From a virus (lineage: Duplodnaviria > Caudoviricetes), in the IMG/VR virus record IMGVR_UViG_3300030372_002666, positions 1 to 36,463 of that record: a DNA stretch of 36,463 bases; one strand, given 5' to 3'. Position 1 is the stretch's first letter. Each line of letters starts with the position of its first letter. Below the pieces are notes generated by a model, which saw only the letters and a list, made by a program, of their open reading frames with translations, made no database searches and was not told the origin of the DNA. Below are positions 9,294-14,988 of the stretch, piece by piece. A program made the position numbers and the translations under genes.

Positions 9294-10073
9294 ATGACTA
9301 AACACTATAAGGGGAAACTACTAAGTCCACCTAATATCAATATAAAAGCGATGAAAAATCTAGCCTTAAAAGTTCACACCTATTTTTTAAGCCTTGCTCC
9401 GAGTGATACCTCGGGCTTTAATGTTTGTGCAATGGCTAACAGGGTTAGCATAAATGAAAAAAACCCTAATAAATCAAATTGTAGTTATGTTTGTGTTGCT
9501 CATAACGGGAACGGGCGTTTTGAGGTAGTCGAAAAAGCTAGAATACGAAAAACTAGAAAATTCTTTCTAGATAGAGATAATTTTCTTATTGAGTTAGTTC
9601 AGGATATTTTCAAGGCTATTGAATACTCAAAGTATTATGGATTTGAACCTACATTTCGATTAAACGCATATAGTGATTTACCATTTGAAAGAATTAAAAT
9701 TAAATCTTTTGGGAATTGTACTATTCAAGAGCTTTTTCCAGATGTTACATTTTACGATTATTCAAAAGTGCCCAATAGGAAAACACCAAACAATTATGAA
9801 TTAACTTATTCACATTGGGGAAAGTGGGAAACTACAAACGATCAAATTAAAAAAGGTTATAATGTAGCGATGGTATTCAATACAAATAATGATAAAAACG
9901 CAAAACTCCCGACTACATTTAACAATTTAAAAGTAATTGACGGTGATAAAACAGATTTGAGAACAATGCAAAATGATGGTAAAAATACAATTGTTGGCTT
10001 AAGGGCGAAAATGTCACAGGCTAAAATTCAAAAGGAATTGAATGAAAAAAATCCATTTGTAGTCAATCCTTAA
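9294..10073 (+). CDS. GP88-family phage protein (three conserved Cys, radical-SAM-like)
   Basis: SLAP..SGFNVC, CSYVC, RLNAYSD, FYDYSK, LTYS, NVAMVF, VIDGDKTDLR and IVGLRAK motifs. Confidence 0.75.
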   Translation: MTKHYKGKLLSPPNINIKAMKNLALKVHTYFLSLAPSDTSGFNVCAMANRVSINEKNPNKSNCSYVCVAHNGNGRFEVVEKARIRKTRKFFLDRDNFLIELVQDIFKAIEYSKYYGFEPTFRLNAYSDLPFERIKIKSFGNCTIQELFPDVTFYDYSKVPNRKTPNNYELTYSHWGKWETTNDQIKKGYNVAMVFNTNNDKNAKLPTTFNNLKVIDGDKTDLRTMQNDGKNTIVGLRAKMSQAKIQKELNEKNPFVVNP

Positions 10074-10087
10074 CTAAACAAATAAAA

Positions 10088-10125
10088 ACCTATTTAAGCC
10101 CCTTTTTAGGGGCTTTTTGGGTATA
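10088..10125 (+). other. Hairpin-T-tract-GGGT element, copy 1
   Basis: ACCTA..AAGCCCC-TTTTTA-GGGGCTT-TTT-GGGTATA. Confidence 0.6.
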
Positions 10126-10152
10126 AATACAAATTAACAAGGAATAAAAAAT

Positions 10153-10236
10153 ATGTTAATTACATTAATAGAATTAATCGTTATGATTTTAGGCTTTTTA
10201 CTTTTTAGATACATAGGATTAAAAATATTTAAATAA
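10153..10236 (+). CDS. 27-aa hydrophobic peptide
   Basis: MLITLIELIVMILGFLLFRYIGLKIFK; AAGGA SD upstream; lies between two hairpins. Confidence 0.5.
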   Translation: MLITLIELIVMILGFLLFRYIGLKIFK

Positions 10237-10242
10237 AAAATT

Positions 10243-10268
10243 AAAGCCCCTTTTTTGGGGCTTTTTTT
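10243..10268 (+). terminator. Rho-independent terminator
   Basis: AAAGCCCC-T6-GGGGC followed by T7. Confidence 0.75.
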
Positions 10269-10407
10269 GTTTGTGCTTATTGAAAATTGATTAAAAATAA
10301 GGCTCAAATTTAGCGATTCTCGGTCGTTTTTTAGGTTAGGCAATAGTGACTTAAGCTAAAAAATAAAATGGCTTTTTTGAGCATTTTAAAAGATTTAAAT
10401 ATCTTAT

Positions 10408-10525
10408 TGAGAATAAGTCTCATTATCATATTTTTGAGAATGAATCTCAATAAAAACCCTATTGAGAATGAGTCTCAATAGCAAAAATAGATAAATCAAA
10501 TATTTCATAATGAGAATGAGTCTCA
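10408..10525. repeat. Four 15-bp imperfect palindromes TGAGAAT-N-A(G/A)TCTCA (Fur-box-like)
   Basis: Copies start at 10408, 10435, 10463 and 10511. Confidence 0.85.
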
Positions 10526-10577
10526 TTTATATTTATGCTTTATATTTTTGCTTTATATTTTTGGTGTATATTTTAGA
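10526..10577. repeat. Four tandem AT-rich 13-mers
   Basis: TTTATATTTATGC TTTATATTTTTGC TTTATATTTTTGG TGTATATTTTAGA. Confidence 0.85.
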
Positions 10578-10587
10578 AATTATAAAA

Positions 10588-10640
10588 TTGTTAAAAATTT
10601 AACAAAAAAAACTTGACTTTTATTTTAAATGTTATAAAAT
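10588..10640 (+). promoter_or_regulatory. Promoter with upstream TTGTTAA-N4-TTAACAA palindrome
   Basis: Palindrome 10588-10605, 7 nt gap, then TTGACT(10613)-16-TAAAAT. Confidence 0.6.
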
Positions 10641-10686
10641 TTGAAATAGATATTTTATTAAAACAAAACAAAGAGGAGAAAATCAA

Positions 10687-11289
10687 ATGTCTAATAAAAA
10701 TGGTAAACCAGTTACAGTATCACTAACAAAAGTAAAAGACTCAGAAGTTAAAAAGTTTTTTACCGATGGTGTTCAGCTTCAAAAATTAACTAAGAATATG
10801 ACTCAGTTAATTAAGCGTGACTTTTTTCATAGAGATAAAAAAACCAATACCACTAAGCTAACAAATGAACTTGATCGTATATTGGCTAATAAAGACCCTA
10901 GATCACAAAAAAGAATAGCTAATGTAAAGGTATTTGTTAGAAAACAGTTGCAGACTATTATAAAAACAAAACAAACTCAGCAAGTGTTATTAGGCGAGTT
11001 AGTTAATGTTAGACAAGTAACAATGAAAAAAGTGACTCAGCCAATGATTGATGATGTTAATAATGAAAGATTCGTAGGTAAATTTCATCAAGATGACTTA
11101 GGTAAGTTTAGGGTAGTTGAAGAAAAGAAAGAGAAAAAAGTAAATGATCTTGATCTTTGGAAAGATTTAACAGAATTAATTGACAAGCATTCAGTAGATA
11201 CCTCTATTATAAGAAATACTTGTGATGATCTTGATCAAGGTATATTTTCATTTGAACAAAAGGAGAGTAAGCATAGAAAAGTAGCATAG
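10687..11289 (+). CDS. Hypothetical basic protein
   Basis: 200-aa ORF with strong GAGGAG SD. Confidence 0.8.
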   Translation: MSNKNGKPVTVSLTKVKDSEVKKFFTDGVQLQKLTKNMTQLIKRDFFHRDKKTNTTKLTNELDRILANKDPRSQKRIANVKVFVRKQLQTIIKTKQTQQVLLGELVNVRQVTMKKVTQPMIDDVNNERFVGKFHQDDLGKFRVVEEKKEKKVNDLDLWKDLTELIDKHSVDTSIIRNTCDDLDQGIFSFEQKESKHRKVA

Positions 11290-11312
11290 GCAAAGTCCTC
11301 ATAACCACATAG

Positions 11313-11351
11313 ACCATTAAGCCGACTCATATAGTCGGCTTTTTGGGTGCA
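11313..11351 (+). other. Hairpin-T-tract-GGGT element, copy 2
   Basis: ACCA.TAAGCCGACT-CATAT-AGTCGGCTT-TTT-GGGTGCA. Confidence 0.7.
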
Positions 11352-11521
11352 GAGCCGATACAAGGTGAAAAGTAAATCTATGGAAATGTGTGAAAGACTC
11401 TAGAAGTAGAGTGTGCCAATTTAAGATTGGACAGAGCGTAAGGAATAGAGCCTTGTTGCCCCTCTTAACAATGGGTAAAATGGTAGATTAATAATCGAGG
11501 GTTCGACTCCCTCTCGGCTCA
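11352..11521 (+). ncRNA. tRNA-like structured RNA with greatly expanded D-arm
   Basis: Acceptor GAGCCGA(11352-58)/TCGGCTC(11514-20) plus A11521; T-arm GAGGG-TTCGACT-CCCTC (11497-11513); T8-A9; CAAGG/CCTTG stem; TTGCCC/GGGTAA stem; no long ORF. Confidence 0.8.
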
Positions 11522-11557
11522 CAAGATTATATTAAATAATAAAAGGAGAGAAAAACA

Positions 11558-11785
11558 ATGATGATATTAAATTATAAATCAAAAAAGCAGTTGAAGGAAT
11601 CTGTTGGACAACCATTAGATTATACTGAGACTTCATTTTTTGGCAATGAATATAAACCTGATGGCACTTTTTGTGGCTGTAATCGACCTTACTCACCTGA
11701 GTATCCAAAGTTTGAGCAGAGAAAAGGTCGTGAATTTTTTGCTGAAGTAACCATGAAAAATAACAAAATACATAAGGTAAAATAA
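11558..11785 (+). CDS. Phage hypothetical protein
   Basis: ORF track; AAGGAG SD. Confidence 0.8.
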   Translation: MMILNYKSKKQLKESVGQPLDYTETSFFGNEYKPDGTFCGCNRPYSPEYPKFEQRKGREFFAEVTMKNNKIHKVK

Positions 11786-11812
11786 AATCATAAATTGTTA
11801 AAATTTAACAAT

Positions 11813-11856
11813 ATCCAATTACAAAGCCGATTCATATAATCGGCTTTTGGGGTGCA
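11813..11856 (+). other. Hairpin-T-tract-GGGT element, copy 3
   Basis: AAAGCCGATT-CATAT-AATCGGCTTT-T-GGGGTGCA; compensatory base-pair change relative to copy 2. Confidence 0.7.
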
Positions 11857-11875
11857 AAAACTAAAGGAATTATAA

Positions 11876-12133
11876 ATGGATAAAATAGAAATAGATAAAG
11901 ACTGTCAATTCTTAAAAGACATTGAATCAAAGCCAAATTATAATGGAGTACCATTAGGAGTTTATAATTTGATAACTACAAAAGGTGCTTTAAAACTTTT
12001 AATAAAGGGTATTAAGCCACATAAAAATTTTGATACAAAAGATGTAAAAAAATATTTTGGTATAGATGGCGAACCTAAAACATTACTTTATAAATTAGAA
12101 ACTATTTCACAAATTATAAAAGGTGAAATATAA
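11876..12133 (+). CDS. Hypothetical protein
   Basis: ORF track; AAGGA SD. Confidence 0.75.
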   Translation: MDKIEIDKDCQFLKDIESKPNYNGVPLGVYNLITTKGALKLLIKGIKPHKNFDTKDVKKYFGIDGEPKTLLYKLETISQIIKGEI

Positions 12134-12286
12134 ATGAAAAAATTAACTCAGCGACAAAAAGAAATTGAAAGAATAAAAAAAACTTTAGATGAATTAATAA
12201 ATATAAGTAATAATTTAGGTCAATCTGTACCTTCAAATATAGTTTGGAATCTTGAAAAAAGACTTGATAGATTAGAAAATTCTTGA
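12134..12286 (+). CDS. 50-aa hypothetical protein
   Basis: MKKLTQRQKEIERIKKTLDELINISNNLGQSVPSNIVWNLEKRLDRLENS; ATG directly after the upstream stop; AGGTG SD. Confidence 0.65.
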   Translation: MKKLTQRQKEIERIKKTLDELINISNNLGQSVPSNIVWNLEKRLDRLENS

Positions 12287-12311
12287 CTATTATATTTATT
12301 ATATATAATTT
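12283..12311 (+). promoter_or_regulatory. sigma70-like promoter
   Basis: TTGACT-17-TAATTT. Confidence 0.55.
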
Positions 12312-12335
12312 CAAATTAACTAGAGGAGAAAAATA

Positions 12336-12503
12336 ATGAGTTTTATACTTACAATTATAATAGGTTTTATACTTTGCCTACCTATGGTATGGATCGCAAA
12401 GCTTAAAACAGAACTTAATATCACTAACTATAAGCTAGATTTTTATAGAGATAAAGCAGTCAGCCTCAATAAACTCTATGCTTTTAAAAATAGGAATCGA
12501 TAA
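12336..12503 (+). CDS. 55-aa protein with N-terminal transmembrane (TM) helix
   Basis: MSFILTIIIGFILCLPMVWIAKLK...; GAGGAG SD. Confidence 0.7.
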   Translation: MSFILTIIIGFILCLPMVWIAKLKTELNITNYKLDFYRDKAVSLNKLYAFKNRNR

Positions 12504-12616
12504 TGAAAGTTTCAAAATGTTGTGGTGCAATACAATATCGAGATTATGATATTTGTATTGAATGTGGGGAACATTCTGATTTTTGGGATGAAGAAGAGGA
12601 GAATCAATGCAATTAG
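12503..12616 (+). CDS. 37-aa Cys-rich (Zn-binding-like) peptide
   Basis: MKVSKCCGAIQYRDYDICIECGEHSDFWDEEEENQCN; TAATG translational coupling. Confidence 0.65.
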   Translation: MKVSKCCGAIQYRDYDICIECGEHSDFWDEEEENQCN

Positions 12617-12975
12617 AAATTAAAGAAATAGATAAAATCATAGATAGTTATAATTTACAATCTATGTATTTTATAACTGATTCGTTTCAGTTGAGAGGTC
12701 AATATATTGCAGAGGATGACGTTATTATATTGAATCCAAAACAAACCAAAAAAGAATTTATTATTTCATTGTTGCATGAGATATGCCATGCCTTAGATCG
12801 TAAAAGGCTAGGATTAAAAAAATATCTTAAGAAATACAATCAAGCCAGTCAAATGGCTTTATATAATGGATTGGATTTTTACGATGATAATAAATGGGAA
12901 ATAAGAGCAGAGAAGTTTGCTCAAAATGAATACAAATTGTTAAGGCTTAACAAAAAGGAGAAAATAAATGGCTAG
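12607..12975 (+). CDS. Zinc metallopeptidase-like protein (HExxH; ImmA/IrrE-like)
   Basis: LLHEICHALD ... WEIRAEKFA. Confidence 0.75.
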   Translation: MQLEIKEIDKIIDSYNLQSMYFITDSFQLRGQYIAEDDVIILNPKQTKKEFIISLLHEICHALDRKRLGLKKYLKKYNQASQMALYNGLDFYDDNKWEIRAEKFAQNEYKLLRLNKKEKING

Positions 12976-13222
12976 TATGGATGTATTACATCATCACGAT
13001 GCGATAAGAGCAGATCAATCAATCAGGTTTTGTACTAAGTGTAAAAAATGTTGGGAAAAAATAGACTTAACCAATATACGCTACATAGCTAAAGGTAAAG
13101 GATACACATATTATGAAAATTTTCCATCATTCGGAAAACAAAAAACCATTTGTGCAAAATGCTCAGGAAAAACAGTAATAAAAAATAAACTGCAAGATTT
13201 TATCTTGTATTTAGTAAAATAA
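12968..13222 (+). CDS. Zn-finger protein; paralogue of 19853..20101
   Basis: DAIRADQSIRFCTKCKKCW ... ICAKC. Confidence 0.7.
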   Translation: MASMDVLHHHDAIRADQSIRFCTKCKKCWEKIDLTNIRYIAKGKGYTYYENFPSFGKQKTICAKCSGKTVIKNKLQDFILYLVK

Positions 13223-13233
13223 AAGGAGAACAA

Positions 13234-13539
13234 ATGACTAAAATAGAAAGAAAAAATGCAGAAATACTTTATAATCTTATAAGTGATGCCTTATTTGAAT
13301 GGTATGATATAAAAGATAATTCAATAGATGATGAAGATGTAATAGTTCCTATTGTGTTTCAGGGTTTTTTAGCACAACATTATGCACATTTTTTTAGGAG
13401 AGAGCCAATGATTATTGATAAATATCTACGCTCATTTAAAGAAATGATTTTAGCAAAATTCAAACATGAAGAAGAAGAAGAACAAATGAAAAAAATAAGG
13501 GAAAATGATTTTCCCTTAACACAACAAGCCGTAGCTTAA
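13234..13539 (+). CDS. Hypothetical protein
   Basis: ORF track; leader AAAAGGAGAACAAATG, identical to that of 13551. Confidence 0.8.
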   Translation: MTKIERKNAEILYNLISDALFEWYDIKDNSIDDEDVIVPIVFQGFLAQHYAHFFRREPMIIDKYLRSFKEMILAKFKHEEEEEQMKKIRENDFPLTQQAVA

Positions 13540-13550
13540 AAGGAGAACAA

Positions 13551-13826
13551 ATGAGTTATTATAATACAACAAACCTAGAAAAAGAGGCATTAAAAAAATG
13601 CCGTAAAGCAGTAATAAGTCAGGAGAAAAAAATCTTAGATATATTTCAAAGACTTCAAATACCTTTAAGTCCTACTGATCTTTATACTCATTTCTTTAAC
13701 AAAACACCAATAACATCAATTAGAAGAGCATTATCTAATTTAACCAAAGATGGTAAACTTGAAAAAACACTATTGATGAAAATAGGTGGTTATGGTAAAG
13801 CTGAACATTGTTGGAAATTAAAATAA
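13551..13826 (+). CDS. Winged-HTH-like DNA-binding protein
   Basis: LSPTDLY..PITSIRRALSNLTKDGKLEK..GKAEHCW. Confidence 0.65.
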   Translation: MSYYNTTNLEKEALKKCRKAVISQEKKILDIFQRLQIPLSPTDLYTHFFNKTPITSIRRALSNLTKDGKLEKTLLMKIGGYGKAEHCWKLK

Positions 13827-13886
13827 TGCCATATCCAATGAAAAAAAAGGTCGAGAAAATTATTAAGAAAAGAGGAGAAAAAGTAA

Positions 13887-14105
13887 ATGTTAAGAATGAA
13901 CAGAGAAAAAAAGAATCTTAATACTTTTATAAAAAAAGAATGTGCTAACTGTGATGCTAGTTATAATTGTGATGGAGTCATGATAAACAAAGAACTAAAA
14001 CAGAAAATCAATGACAAGTATGCGAATACAAAATGCAGAGTTATAAATGGCAAAAAATGTACATACTATGATCGTTGTTTAAAACCCTTGCAAGGATCAT
14101 ATTAA
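13887..14105 (+). CDS. Cys-rich hypothetical protein
   Basis: ORF track; six Cys; GAGGAG SD. Confidence 0.7.
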   Translation: MLRMNREKKNLNTFIKKECANCDASYNCDGVMINKELKQKINDKYANTKCRVINGKKCTYYDRCLKPLQGSY

Positions 14106-14186
14106 TTAGTTAAATTACAAGGGTTAATAGTGCAAATTGGGTAGGGTTTTCATTCCTGCTCTACCCAATTTAAAAAAGGAGAAATT

Positions 14187-14987
14187 ATGAACTTTGGCAA
14201 TTATGGATTTATTCCATCAATCTTAAGACACCACCCAAAAATCAGAGCAAATGCAAAACTTTTATATTCTGAGATAACAGCTACTATTGAGCAAAGTGGC
14301 TACTGTGTAAAAAATAATATTTATTTTAGTAAAGTTTTACACCTATCTAAAACAAGTATATCACAACTTATAAATGAACTTAGGATTTATGGATTTATAA
14401 AAGTTGTTATTGAAAATGAGGAAAATACAAGCAGATTTAAAAAGCGTTATATTAGCCTAACCCCCCATGAGTTTTCGATAGGGGTAATGAGAAAAATAGA
14501 ATCTACCCATAGTGAGAAATCTAATGGGGTAACAGGAGATATAGTACCTACAGACACTTCTGAGCTAGATACCCCCTTAAATGACAAGCAATCTATATTA
14601 TTAGATAATAATATAAGTTATATATATACTTCTAATAAGAAGAGTAAAGTTAAATTACATAGTGATATTACTGATGATCAGTTGTTGTTTTTAAAAGATA
14701 TAGTAACTTACTTTTACGAAACACAAAGCTCTAGGTTTCCTGATATTGTCAAAGGGTGGAAAGATGAGAAGGTATTCAATGAATCTATAAATACAATTTA
14801 TTATTTAATCACTCAGGAAAAAATAGACCACCAAACTATTAAAAAAGTTTTACGATGGGCGTTAAATGATGAGTTCTGGCACAAGCATTTGTTATCAGTT
14901 AGACCATTGAAATCTAAGGCTAGTAATGGGCTTATAAAATTTAACAACATTTTACATTCATATAATTTAATTGAAAGAGGGAGATAA
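14187..14987 (+). CDS. Replication initiator-like protein (N-terminal HTH)
   Basis: IP..L....AKLLYSEI...GYC..N.YF..V...SK.SI...I.EL...GFI HTH; C-terminal WALNDEFW; directly upstream of the primase-helicase. Confidence 0.75.
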   Translation: MNFGNYGFIPSILRHHPKIRANAKLLYSEITATIEQSGYCVKNNIYFSKVLHLSKTSISQLINELRIYGFIKVVIENEENTSRFKKRYISLTPHEFSIGVMRKIESTHSEKSNGVTGDIVPTDTSELDTPLNDKQSILLDNNISYIYTSNKKSKVKLHSDITDDQLLFLKDIVTYFYETQSSRFPDIVKGWKDEKVFNESINTIYYLITQEKIDHQTIKKVLRWALNDEFWHKHLLSVRPLKSKASNGLIKFNNILHSYNLIERGR

Positions 14988-14988
14988 A

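Noticed and set aside
10408-10525. CRISPR mini-array
   Set aside because: Repeats are 15-19 bp with irregular 12-33 bp AT-rich gaps; no cas genes.
11362-11397. 23S rRNA fragment (AAGGTGAAAAGTA...GTGAAAGA resemblance)
   Set aside because: Similarity is limited to two short motifs; better explained as a shared structural motif than an rRNA gene.
11352-11521. tmRNA or canonical tRNA
   Set aside because: Too short for tmRNA, pair 3:70 is G-C rather than G-U, and no tag ORF is evident. Too long for a normal tRNA, with an 11-nt anticodon-position loop.
12607-12975. Lysogeny module inferred from the ImmA/IrrE-like peptidase
   Set aside because: No integrase or recognisable CI-like repressor in the window.
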